Origin: an uncultured Gammaproteobacteria bacterium
GTDB taxonomy: Bacteria > Pseudomonadota > Gammaproteobacteria > Thiohalobacterales > Thiohalobacteraceae
Assembly: GCA_964458835.1 (NCBI GenBank)
Contig: CAYWKV010000001.1
Coordinates: forward strand, 19,130-83,129
Direction: 5' to 3'
DNA length: 64,000 nt
Positions 9,369-18,100 of this stretch are shown piece by piece. A program made the position numbers and the translations under genes. The first letter of the stretch is position 1, and each line of letters opens with the position of its first letter. Below the pieces are notes generated by a model. The model did not search any database. It saw nothing but the letters and a program-made list of their open reading frames with translations, and had not been told where the DNA came from.

Positions 9369-10420
9369 ACTTTCTCCTCAGGGTCGTTGAGTCGTCTGTT
9401 CCAGGTGCTCATGTTCTCTTCTTGTGGACGGGATCGTGGTTTCCCGGCACGTGACCGCCGACGGTCCATGTCGAAGCCGACGTAATACGACACGACACTC
9501 GCGCGGCTATGCCCGGCCTCCTCGGCCAGCTCCCGACGCGCCGGCGCGATGTCGTCACACGCGTACCGATCCCGTAGACCATCCGCCTTCACCGGCGGCT
9601 CCATGCCGGTCAGCTCGACGTAGCGCCGCTGCAGGTGGCCATGACGCAGACCATGGGAGGTAATCCCGCGGCCCTTCCGGGTCACGCCGAACATCGCCAT
9701 GACGTGGTAGTAGTAGGACCGCCAGCGCTTCAACGGGTAGCTGCTGGGGACCATCGAGCCGCCGTTCTCCGTTGCGACCTTCACGGCCGCCTCGAGCACA
9801 CGGCGCTGGTGCTCGTTGACTACGGGCACCACGCGTGGCCGTCCACCCTTTGTGCCGCGCTCGACGTGCAGGGTGTCACCCTTCCAATCCCGCTTGGGCC
9901 GCAGCAACCAGGCTTCCTGCACGCGCAGCCCGAAGGCATCCATCAGCACCATCTGCAGGCCGACCAGGCTGTCGCGCTGACCGATCTCCGCAACGACCTC
10001 GACGGCATCCTGCCCCAGGTCCGACCACTCCTTGGACTCATTGCACTTCAGCGCCCGGTGATAGCGCGAGGCGTCGTTGAAGTACGTCTCCGGGCGATCC
10101 AGCATGCCCGCCTTGCCGATCGCGGTGCACAACGTCCGTAGCATCGAGACGTAGGTCTGCATCGTGCCTGCCGCCCTCCCCAGCCCCTCCCAGTATTGCA
10201 GCAGGGCCGCGATGTGGCGGCGATCCAGGTTCCGAATGTCCCGGAGCCCGAAGTTGAGTGAATCCAGGATATCGGGGAGCCGGAAATAGAAGCCCCAGCG
10301 GTCGGCGACCGTCTTGGAACTCAGTTTCTTACCGGACTGGCGCGTTTTCGAACTGCTCTTGTGTATGACCGGCCGCATCACCTGCTCAATGCTGTGCCGT
10401 AGTTGTCGCATTCTGGACAT
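9365..10420 (-). CDS. tyrosine recombinase / integrase-family protein
   Basis: C-terminal catalytic signatures: GTKGGRPRVVPV (Arg I), HGLRHGHLQRRY (H-x-x-R), GHSRASVVSYYV (His and Tyr). Confidence 0.8.
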   Translation of the reverse strand: MSRMRQLRHSIEQVMRPVIHKSSSKTRQSGKKLSSKTVADRWGFYFRLPDILDSLNFGLRDIRNLDRRHIAALLQYWEGLGRAAGTMQTYVSMLRTLCTAIGKAGMLDRPETYFNDASRYHRALKCNESKEWSDLGQDAVEVVAEIGQRDSLVGLQMVLMDAFGLRVQEAWLLRPKRDWKGDTLHVERGTKGGRPRVVPVVNEHQRRVLEAAVKVATENGGSMVPSSYPLKRWRSYYYHVMAMFGVTRKGRGITSHGLRHGHLQRRYVELTGMEPPVKADGLRDRYACDDIAPARRELAEEAGHSRASVVSYYVGFDMDRRRSRAGKPRSRPQEENMSTWNRRLNDPEEKV

Positions 10421-11445
10421 GACGCTGTTTCCTTCTGTTCGGTTGTCTCAAGAGGACCGTCCCTCGGCACGGGTCGCACCCTCGGACGCCTTCCTATCTG
10501 CGCCCCGTGCGGTCACGGACGATCCTGACGATGTTCGTTGCTGTGGTTCCTTTCGCGCCTGCGCGCGTGGCTTGCACTTTAGGGGTCTCACCGTGACATG
10601 GCGGCCCGATTAGGGCGCCCACGCCAGGCCATCTCCGTTCCTGTCCCACGGCTGAAACCGCGTCGAAACGGCGCTGGGCCTTGTCGTATTGCTTCGCAGG
10701 CCGGTGCCACCTGCTTTTCCGCGCTATTCGCAGTACCAAATCTTTCCCGCAAAGGAACCCCCACCTGCCACCGGTGGGCATTGCGTCCCATCCCCTCGCC
10801 GCCACCTGGACCACCCCCGGGTGTGAATAGGGTGTTAAAGGCGACCGCGACCGGCGTTGAGCCAGTCACGCAGAGCGTTCTCGGGATGGATAGACGGCGC
10901 ACACGGCGCCACGACGCGTACCCGGACTGGGTAGGCGACTCAGCGGTATATCCGCTGCAACGTTTTTGAGATCCGACCGCTGATTGCGGTCATCTGGCAC
11001 CTGAGTGCCCGGGGGAGTGAAAACCCGGTCCTGATAGGCCCCGGTAGTCCTCGATTCCGGTCCGTTCAATACGGGGGAATCTACCTGCTGCTCGTTTAGC
11101 GACCTCAGCTGGGTCGGCTTGGGCGTGCGCCCGAGGTGGCCACATACTGGCGCGACGACAACGCCTTGTCAACAACCCGGGTACCACACAGACATGGCTT
11201 AATCGACCGCTTAATTTCTGGGATCGCGCTAAGACTGTGTTTATGCGTTTTGTTGATTTTGCGTTCTCACACTCAATGTTTGGGCAAGGGGTGGGCGAAC
11301 GCAATGACAGCTACTTCCGCCGTGCACGCCGGCGTCGACAGCTCCATATTCAGGAAGGCCGCGGCATGTTTCGGCCGCTACCACCAGGCCTGACCTCGTT
11401 AATGAGTTGGCATGCGTTGTTCGCCAATCACCATCGAACAGCTCT

Positions 11446-11537
11446 TGAACTTCTTCTGGACTTCGTTTGGACTTCTGCGGCCATTATGACGTCATGTAGC
11501 GCGTGCGGACACCGAGCCGACTTCATTTGGACTTCTG
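11446..11537 (+). repeat. phased GRACTTC heptamers (5 copies) inside two 20-nt direct repeats; parC-like centromere/operator candidate
   Basis: GAACTTC 11446, GGACTTC 11458 and 11469 (11-12 bp phasing). CGACTTC 11518, GGACTTC 11529. The 20-mers at 11458-11477 and 11518-11537 differ at 2 positions and are 60 bp apart, upstream of the ParM-like gene. Confidence 0.5.
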
Positions 11538-11561
11538 TAGGTGTCTAGCACGAGTCACCTC

Positions 11562-11589
11562 TTGTATTAGAGCATTGCCCCGCTATATA
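11562..11589 (+). promoter_or_regulatory. sigma-70-like promoter (TTGTAT-16 nt-TATATA)
   Basis: -35 at 11562-11567, -10 at 11584-11589, about 200 nt upstream of the ParM-like start. Confidence 0.35.
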
Positions 11590-11730
11590 GTTAGCTCGTC
11601 CGCATGAGTGGGGTTTCAATCCTCACTTGTTTCTAGGCTGAGCCCAGATCAATCTGGTTTTGGCCCGTCTTAGGAGGCATTGCGCCTCCGGTTCACATAG
11701 AGAACCCGTACTTAAGCGTCCACGTGCATC

Positions 11731-11768
11731 CGCACGCGGCGTGTTTTCGCGTGCGCGTTTGTTTTTTC
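11731..11768 (+). terminator. intrinsic-terminator-like hairpin in the parM leader
   Basis: CGCACGCG-9 nt-CGCGTGCG stem followed by CGTTTGTTTTTTC. It ends 30 nt before the AAAGGAG SD of the ParM-like gene. Confidence 0.45.
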
Positions 11769-11797
11769 TACCACCACAATTTGTGAAAGGAGATCCC

Positions 11798-12802
11798 ATG
11801 AGTACAATCGCCGCCATCGACATCGGATATCGCAACACCAAATGCATGTTCAGTGCTGGGCCCAATCATCCCACTCACTCTTTGATATTCCCCTCACTTG
11901 CTCTCCCTGCGGCTGGTAATCAACCGGCTCGCCTGCTTGACAGGCGCAACACCAGGCTCGTGGAGGTTGATGGCGCCCAATATGAAATAGGTCCTGATGC
12001 GGATCTTCTGTCAGGTGCACATACAGCGCTTGTTCTGCACGAGAACTATATCCACACGCCCGAGCATCGGGCGCTTTTTCTCGGTGCACTGTCGTATATA
12101 GGATTCTCGGAAATAAATGTTCTCTCCGTTGGTTTGCCGGTCGAGTTCATGTCGCAACAAAGTGATGAGCTGAAGAAACGACTGACAGGAGTCCATACCG
12201 TACCTGGTCTTGGGCAGGTAAGAGTCAAGCACGTGGTGGTCCTGCCCCAACCGCTCGGCGGACTGATCGACCACCTGACACGGCTGGGGAGCAACCCTGG
12301 TGCAGCGTCGCGTACCACGCTGCTTATCGACCCAGGCTTCTTCACGGTTGATTGGACTGCCAGCCGCGGGCTGAAGTACCTCCCAGGGCTGACCGGGAGT
12401 TTCCCAGCAGGAATATCGCAGGTACTACAGTCGATGGCGCGAGGAATCTCAGATGATCTAGGTGTCCGATACGATAACCTGCAGGCGTTAGACCGTGCAC
12501 TTGTATCCGGTGAATTGCGCGTTGCAGGCCAGCCAGTTGACGCCAAGCATTACCTGGAGGACGCGCGGGAACGCCTCGTTCCTGCAATCCACGCGCTTTG
12601 TAACCAGGTTGGTTCAGGTCTCGATATCGATCACATCGTCATTGGTGGTGGAGGTGCTACTATCATCACACCGCTGATTCAGCAGACCTTCCCGAAGCAT
12701 CATGTGGAACAGATGCCGACGCCTGTGATGGCCAACGTGCGTGGTTTCTTCCTGATGGCACAGGGTGCACGCAATGCATCTAATAGCGAGGTTGCGGCAT
12801 GA
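11798..12802 (+). CDS. parM: ParM/StbA-type actin-fold plasmid segregation ATPase
   Basis: ATG after AAAGGAG. N-terminus MSTIAAIDIGYRNTKC is a phosphate-1 motif, and later ...LIDPGFFTVDW... and GGGA are actin-fold motifs. The track ORF start at 11660 is an upstream extension. Confidence 0.7.
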   Translation: MSTIAAIDIGYRNTKCMFSAGPNHPTHSLIFPSLALPAAGNQPARLLDRRNTRLVEVDGAQYEIGPDADLLSGAHTALVLHENYIHTPEHRALFLGALSYIGFSEINVLSVGLPVEFMSQQSDELKKRLTGVHTVPGLGQVRVKHVVVLPQPLGGLIDHLTRLGSNPGAASRTTLLIDPGFFTVDWTASRGLKYLPGLTGSFPAGISQVLQSMARGISDDLGVRYDNLQALDRALVSGELRVAGQPVDAKHYLEDARERLVPAIHALCNQVGSGLDIDHIVIGGGGATIITPLIQQTFPKHHVEQMPTPVMANVRGFFLMAQGARNASNSEVAA

Positions 12803-13047
12803 TAGAGGGAGGGGAAATCCGCATTAATCTCAAGATACAGGAATCGGTCACGCCTGAACTGTATGAAATGATCAACAGGGTTCCACGGAGCCTGCGTGCG
12901 GACTTTATAAGGCACAAGTTGTCCGTTCTGGCCTCAGCATTGACCTCACCTCCAACAGTACAGGCACAGGCTCCTATGTCGGCGGAGCTTCGTTCAGGAG
13001 ATAGCTTGCATATCGTGTCGGCTATCGGTGCCGATTTCCTTCGGTAA
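12799..13047 (+). CDS. small protein downstream of parM (possible ParR-like adaptor)
   Basis: ATGA overlap with the parM stop. 82 aa. The call rests on position only. Confidence 0.35.
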   Translation: MIEGGEIRINLKIQESVTPELYEMINRVPRSLRADFIRHKLSVLASALTSPPTVQAQAPMSAELRSGDSLHIVSAIGADFLR

Positions 13048-13057
13048 CTATGAAAAA

Positions 13058-13091
13058 GAAAAGCCCCAGGTGCATGCACTTGGGGCTTTTC
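13058..13091. terminator. bidirectional intrinsic terminator between convergent genes
   Basis: GAAAAGCCCCAGGTGCA/TGCACTTGGGGCTTTTC is a near-perfect palindrome flanked by A-run and T-run. Confidence 0.6.
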
Positions 13092-13098
13092 ATGTTAC

Positions 13099-13845
13099 TC
13101 ACGCCACCTGCAGCGTGGCATCGATGCTTTGGAGAGCATCGTGGTTTGCTGGATCGCTCATACGACCCAGTAACCACTTGACGTTCCGACCCGTCTTTTC
13201 ATCGTAGTCGATGACCTTCACGAACCGTTCGCCCTGTACGAGCGTATCGATCATCACCCGCACGACACCCGGATAATGATCGATCCTCGTCTTGCCTCCT
13301 CTGGGACGACTTGTAAAGCAAGCGCGCGTTCCCATTGGGGGCACCTCGAAACACTGAGCCACATCAGAGACCCGACCGAGTCTCCAGAGCAGATCCAGCG
13401 TCCACCCATTGCTGTCTACTTCCCGTATCTGCACCACCGGCTCCAATCCGAAGCGATAGCCTTGCAGAACGAGGCGCCGTCCGCTGACGCCGGTTTCCAG
13501 AACAACGGCATCACCGACAGGACGAACAAATTGCAGACATCGGGTAATGATCCGCCGTACCTGCAGGGCGAACCAACGCGAGGCAATCGCGATCTGACGC
13601 CAAACCGAACGCCAGTTGCCATCACCTAGTTCCTGCTTCATCACCACGACTTCCGTAAGGACAGGTGGTTGATACGCAGGTACCACAAGCGCAGTGGGCT
13701 TCACCAGACTTCGCTGTTCTTCGATCTGTGCCCGGGCCTGTGCCCAAGTACGGAGCGTGGAGAACAACTCACGAACGACGAATACCACCACACCTGCTGC
13801 CACCAGGACGGCGGCCAACCCAATTTGAAAATGGGTCATGGACAT
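13099..13845 (-). CDS. membrane-anchored hypothetical protein (box-A regulated)
   Basis: One N-terminal TM helix (IGLAAVLVAAGVVVFVV). GGAGGAG SD. Preceded by box-A copy D and leader hairpins. Confidence 0.55.
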   Translation of the reverse strand: MSMTHFQIGLAAVLVAAGVVVFVVRELFSTLRTWAQARAQIEEQRSLVKPTALVVPAYQPPVLTEVVVMKQELGDGNWRSVWRQIAIASRWFALQVRRIITRCLQFVRPVGDAVVLETGVSGRRLVLQGYRFGLEPVVQIREVDSNGWTLDLLWRLGRVSDVAQCFEVPPMGTRACFTSRPRGGKTRIDHYPGVVRVMIDTLVQGERFVKVIDYDEKTGRNVKWLLGRMSDPANHDALQSIDATLQVA

Positions 13846-13928
13846 CTCCTCCAGTAAACGGGCGGAGATACCCCGCGACCGTGCGGGGGAATCTCCCCCA
13901 CAGGGTCGCTTTACCAGGCTGAAGCCTG

Positions 13929-13954
13929 ATCCTGCTGCTCAACGGCCAGCTACC
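13929..13954 (-). promoter_or_regulatory. box A copy D (diverged)
   Basis: The minus strand reads GGTAGCTGGCCGTTGAGCAGCAGGAT. It is followed by hairpin CAGGCTTCAGCCTG and a second GC hairpin, then the SD. Confidence 0.5.
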
Positions 13955-14006
13955 GATCGTTGCGTCCGAGGGCGCATGGATACCATATATATATCCTGAA
14001 CAGAGT

Positions 14007-14180
14007 ATGTCGTCCATCGATCGAATGTTGGAGCAATTGACAACACCTGTAGGTGTTGGTATAAGGTCCAACATACGAGCTGAGCCGTTACTCAGTGAGT
14101 ACCAGGTCAGCCACAATTCACTGGTACACACGGGCACGAATACAATTTCACGTCGCCAGCTCAGCGGATCTTTGGAATGA
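14007..14180 (+). CDS. 57-aa small ORF coupled to the wHTH gene (not in ORF track)
   Basis: ATG...TGA with an ATGA overlap onto the 14177 start. Same low-GC codon usage (ATA, AGG) as the downstream gene. It could be a toxin remnant. Confidence 0.3.
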   Translation: MSSIDRMLEQLTTPVGVGIRSNIRAEPLLSEYQVSHNSLVHTGTNTISRRQLSGSLE

Positions 14181-14518
14181 AAACTGTCACGATATCTATA
14201 GCCTCGCGAGATGACGTGGATCGTCGTGCACTGTCCGCCTTCAATGGCCGGCAGCAGGACACGCATATATCGTTCACCTCTGTCGACCTGCTTTGGAAGA
14301 CGCTCACCGTGAAGCGTTGGGAGCTTCTTCAGGCAATGACGGGGCAAGGTGCAATGACGATCCGCGAGGCTGCTCGTAGAATCAATCGTGATGTAAAGGC
14401 GGTCCACGGAGATGTTAAAGCACTCTTAGCTGCTGGGATACTCGATAGCATCGATGGCCGCATAATTTTTCCGTTTGACGCCGTTCATGTTGATTTCACT
14501 CTATACAGAACTGCATGA
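14177..14518 (+). CDS. winged-helix (MarR-like) small DNA-binding protein, antitoxin-like
   Basis: ...FTSVDLLWKTLTVKRWELLQAMTGQGAMTIREAARRINRDVKAVHGDVKALLAAGIL...IIFPFDAVHVDF is a widespread small regulator family usually found in two-gene modules. Confidence 0.65.
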   Translation: MKTVTISIASRDDVDRRALSAFNGRQQDTHISFTSVDLLWKTLTVKRWELLQAMTGQGAMTIREAARRINRDVKAVHGDVKALLAAGILDSIDGRIIFPFDAVHVDFTLYRTA

Positions 14519-14553
14519 AGCATTGGTCCACATGCATATTGAGGACATGATAG

Positions 14554-14802
14554 ATGGCAATTCTGACTGTACGTGACTTGCCAGAGACTCTGCATCGGGC
14601 GCTTCTCGTAAGGGCCGCAGCACATGGCCGTAGTATTGAAGCCGAGGTGCGCGCCATACTGGAAGAAGCTGTCACCCCAGATACGCGTGTTATGTTAGGT
14701 TCCCTGCTGGCACACATTGGCCGGCAGGCCGCGCTGACCGACGAAGAGTTTGCGATTCTCGAACAGGCGCGCGACAGGCCCCCTACGCAAAAGGCGCCAT
14801 AG
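14554..14802 (+). CDS. FitA/VapB-type ribbon-helix-helix (Arc-like) antitoxin
   Basis: MAILTVRDLPETLHRALLVRAAAHGRSIEAEVRAILEEAV...LGSLLAHIGRQ is collinear with FitA-type antitoxins over the full length. Confidence 0.75.
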   Translation: MAILTVRDLPETLHRALLVRAAAHGRSIEAEVRAILEEAVTPDTRVMLGSLLAHIGRQAALTDEEFAILEQARDRPPTQKAP

Positions 14803-14816
14803 AAGGACACTCCGAC

Positions 14817-15185
14817 ATGCTACCTATCATACTGATCACATTCGCCGCCTTGATGCTCGGCGCCCTGAAGATCCTGCCCATGTCGAATTTCTACCTCGGC
14901 GTGACTCTCTTCATTTTTTGCGGAATGGTTGTTACTGCAGGCTTGAGAGCAATCCGCCGGTATTTATCGCACCGACCATATATCGGCACTCCGCCGTTGC
15001 CGGAGCACCTACGAGTTCTAAATAGGCCTTCTGCCCATAAACTATCAATGAGAGACCGCGAATGGCTTGACGGTGTTCATACAAACATGACTAACCCAGG
15101 CACCGGGCTTCCTATGAATGGCCTCTTCGATTCTGCCGGCTATGCGTACGGGGAAGGCCCCGATGAGGAACGAAAGCGCGAATAA
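14817..15185 (+). CDS. two-TM small membrane protein at the position normally held by a PIN toxin
   Basis: Two hydrophobic helices, then a hydrophilic tail. Starts 14 nt after the FitA-like gene. No PIN motifs. Confidence 0.5.
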   Translation: MLPIILITFAALMLGALKILPMSNFYLGVTLFIFCGMVVTAGLRAIRRYLSHRPYIGTPPLPEHLRVLNRPSAHKLSMRDREWLDGVHTNMTNPGTGLPMNGLFDSAGYAYGEGPDEERKRE

Positions 15186-15199
15186 TTATCCTGAGATGA

Positions 15200-18100
15200 T
15201 CATCTATCCGCCTGTCCTGCGCGCTCAATCATTGAGCCGACAGCCTCTACCTGGCTTGAGAAGCTTTCACCCGCATTCTGCATGAGCTCCCTGCCTTTCT
15301 GCCATGCTGCGTCTCCTCCATCCACGACATCAATGTCACCTTGCTGCTCTGCTGCTTGTCTCACCTGATCTGCATACGCACCAACATGACGCTCTGCATC
15401 ACGGGAGAACTGTAAGATCTCCCCTGTTACTGCAGCAATTGTTCGATCTCTGTCGCCTTGCCCGTACGTTTCTGCCGCTTCAGCAATCCTCTCAGCTTCT
15501 GCCTTCGTGAAATTAAGGAACCCAGAACCCGTACTTGTGACTGATTCAGTGCGGTTATCCTCACCGCTGTAACCCGCATTAACGCCACCGCCGAAAACAC
15601 CTTTACCCCCTGAAGCGCCGAGCTTAGCACCACCACTAGCGCCTCCGCCGCCTACTTCTCTCATCCCTGCGTTAACCTCAACACCTTGCTGTGCTGCCTC
15701 CATACTGACGACATTTTCCAGTAGTCCCTGTAGTGCCTCTCTATTTACACCTCCATCTGCACTGACTGCTCCTGGCGCGCGATTCGACACCCAATCATTA
15801 AACGCCGCCTGATTCGACGCAGTATTGGCTGCGACCATCCCATCGAAACTTGCGCCACCGCGCGCATTGAACCCACTATTGCGATTCGTGCTGGTATCGA
15901 CCGTATTGCTGGCATCCTGGCGTTGGCTCGCATCCATCACACCACTTGCGTTCACGGCCGCTGAGTTGTCTGCCCGGTAGGACATAGCTACAAGGTTCTC
16001 GGCGCCACCACTGGAGGATACCGACAAGGTCATAACACCACCGTGCTGCTCAGCATAAGCTTGCTGCGTAGCGGACATACCCTCTGGACGGCCGTTCGCA
16101 GCGAAGAATTGCCTCATCTCACCACCACTCATCGCGATCGACATATTGGCGCCGCGGGATGCGGTCGCGGCATCCAGTAGCGCTTGGCTCTGTTCGCCGC
16201 CCTTGATGCCGGCGACGACCTCCAAGGCCCTCGCACCACCCATTTCCATCGCAGCGCCGGCCTGTCCAACCGACAACCCCGCCCCTATTGCGTCACCAGT
16301 GCTGGCCGCCAACGCGCCAGATCCCGACTGCTGCGCTGTTCTGAAGGCACCCTGCTCTCGTAGACCATCAGCAACCCCCGGCCGGCGGACCGCCTCTCCA
16401 GCCCCCTGGCCGCCCAGGAGCATAGAGGACTGACTTCCAGCCGTACCGGATGCCCTGCCCACCATGCCGCCAACGGTGTCTGTCGCCTGGTTGGCACCAA
16501 TGGTGTTGCCAGCATTTGTCGACGAAGTGGCCTCGATCGACGAACTCACCCCTCCATGGGCGCCAATGACCTTCTGTGATGAAGCCGCCTGTGTACCGCG
16601 GTCATGGGAATACGATTCCGATAGGCGCTGCCATCCACCGACTGTGGCCGCCGCGAATTGTCCAGCATTCGCCTGAGCCATCGCCTCCCGGAACTGCGTT
16701 TCGCCCACTGGGTCCATAGTCTGCCTGGCGGCGGCCGCACCATACTGCCCGGTTTCCCCAGAGATGCGTTCCGACATCGCGGCCACCGCCATCCCGCCGA
16801 ACTTGAACACGACGTACATGAACGATGTGGCGAGCAAAACGCTCATAATCTTGAGTTTGCCAAATGCTGCGAGCGTCTTCACCGAGGCGGTCTGTGCAAG
16901 CGCTATCGCCTGTAGGCCAAGGTCATGATCGCGCACCTCCAACCACGCGCGATAGAGGTACTCCATACTGAATTGAAAGGTTATGGCGTCCATAATGGAC
17001 CACACGGTCAGCCAGACCAGGGTACCCAGGCAATACAGGAGTGCACGAAGCGCGACGCCGGTAAACGCCAGCGATACCACGAAGGGTAGAATGGCCAACG
17101 TCACACCATACATTGCGGCGCGAATATACGGCAGCCATTGGTCTGCCTGTGCCAGGCCACCCATGGTGTCCTGTATCTGGTAGTAATTCCCGAGCGCGGT
17201 GGTATCGCCTCGGTCCACCCATTCCTGTAGTCTGCTCGCTAAATACAGATGCTTCGCCAGATCTTGTGCGGGGGTACCCGATGTCCACGGCGGTGTCCCA
17301 TTCTCACCAACGAACAAATATACCGCCTCATCCAATGTCAACCTGCAGGCATACGAGGATGAGTTTGCGAACACTTGCAACTCTCCTGGCCCTGTATAGG
17401 TCTGGCTTGGCTCGATATCGTTGCCCACTGGCCATCCATGCGCATTGCATGCCCTCGCCATGAGGTTGGTCCATTGATTGTTAAACAGTGCGCCTACAGA
17501 TATCCTCGCCTCGATGTCGTCCCACGCCGCTCTGCAGGTTGCGGGCGTGCCCGCCTTACCCGCTTCTGAATTGGTATAAACAAGGGTCGTCTTCGCTTCC
17601 GTATTCGCAAGACCAAGATAGTCCTGGAATGCGATATTCCCACTACGTATCTCGTCAACACTAATGTTGCTACCCGGCCGTCCGATCTCCGTCATGAAGC
17701 AATTCCGGATATAGTCGTCGACCGTCATTGTGAGATAGCGGTCTTGGTGCTCCGGCGCGACCTTTATGAGGTTGTAGAGAATATCGATCGTGGATCCCGA
17801 CGGGTTTGCTCGATATGACCACAGTCTTTGCGATCCAGGCGGCGCCGTCATATCGATCATGTTGATGAAGGTCGTCTCGATCTGAGACAACCAGGTGAGT
17901 ACGGTACTCAGGCCTGCGGGGACGTCCGTCACGCGTGCAAAGCGCGATTGTGTCCAGTCGATAACATAGACATCGTCTTTCGGTATAACCGTCGCGGTGA
18001 ATACCACGCCTCCTACGATCAGTGGCACAAACATCGCGATTGGGTTGCCTACACGCCCTGTCACCGCGGAATGCATGAACACCGTGGCGCTGATGGTGAG

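Noticed and set aside
10995-11010. TGGCACCTGAGTGCC, which resembles a sigma-54 -24/-12 element
   Set aside because: The GG to GC spacing is one nucleotide short of the invariant geometry. The sequence is better explained as a 5-bp hairpin.
10494-11548. Several 85-123 aa ORFs on both strands in the recombinase-parM spacer
   Set aside because: They overlap each other, have no SD sequences and are Arg/Gly/Pro-rich with low complexity. I treat the region as non-coding (see finding).
11612-11622. GGTTTCAATCC, which resembles both a CRISPR repeat core and a tRNA T-loop
   Set aside because: It occurs only once, with no repeat-spacer periodicity. The flanks do not form a T-arm or acceptor stem. I found no tRNA or CRISPR array in the window.
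11660-11797. Upstream extension of the ParM-like ORF
   Set aside because: It contains the terminator-like hairpin and precedes a strong AAAGGAG-ATG start that gives the canonical actin-fold N-terminus.
13769-14407. 212-aa minus-strand ORF
   Set aside because: It overlaps the well-supported wHTH gene on the other strand and runs through box A copy D and the leader hairpins. Its composition is not protein-like.
15200-16700. Gly/Ala/Ser-rich repetitive region that might be a tandem DNA repeat
   Set aside because: It is low-complexity coding sequence at the TraG C-terminus. No exact nucleotide periodicity is visible.
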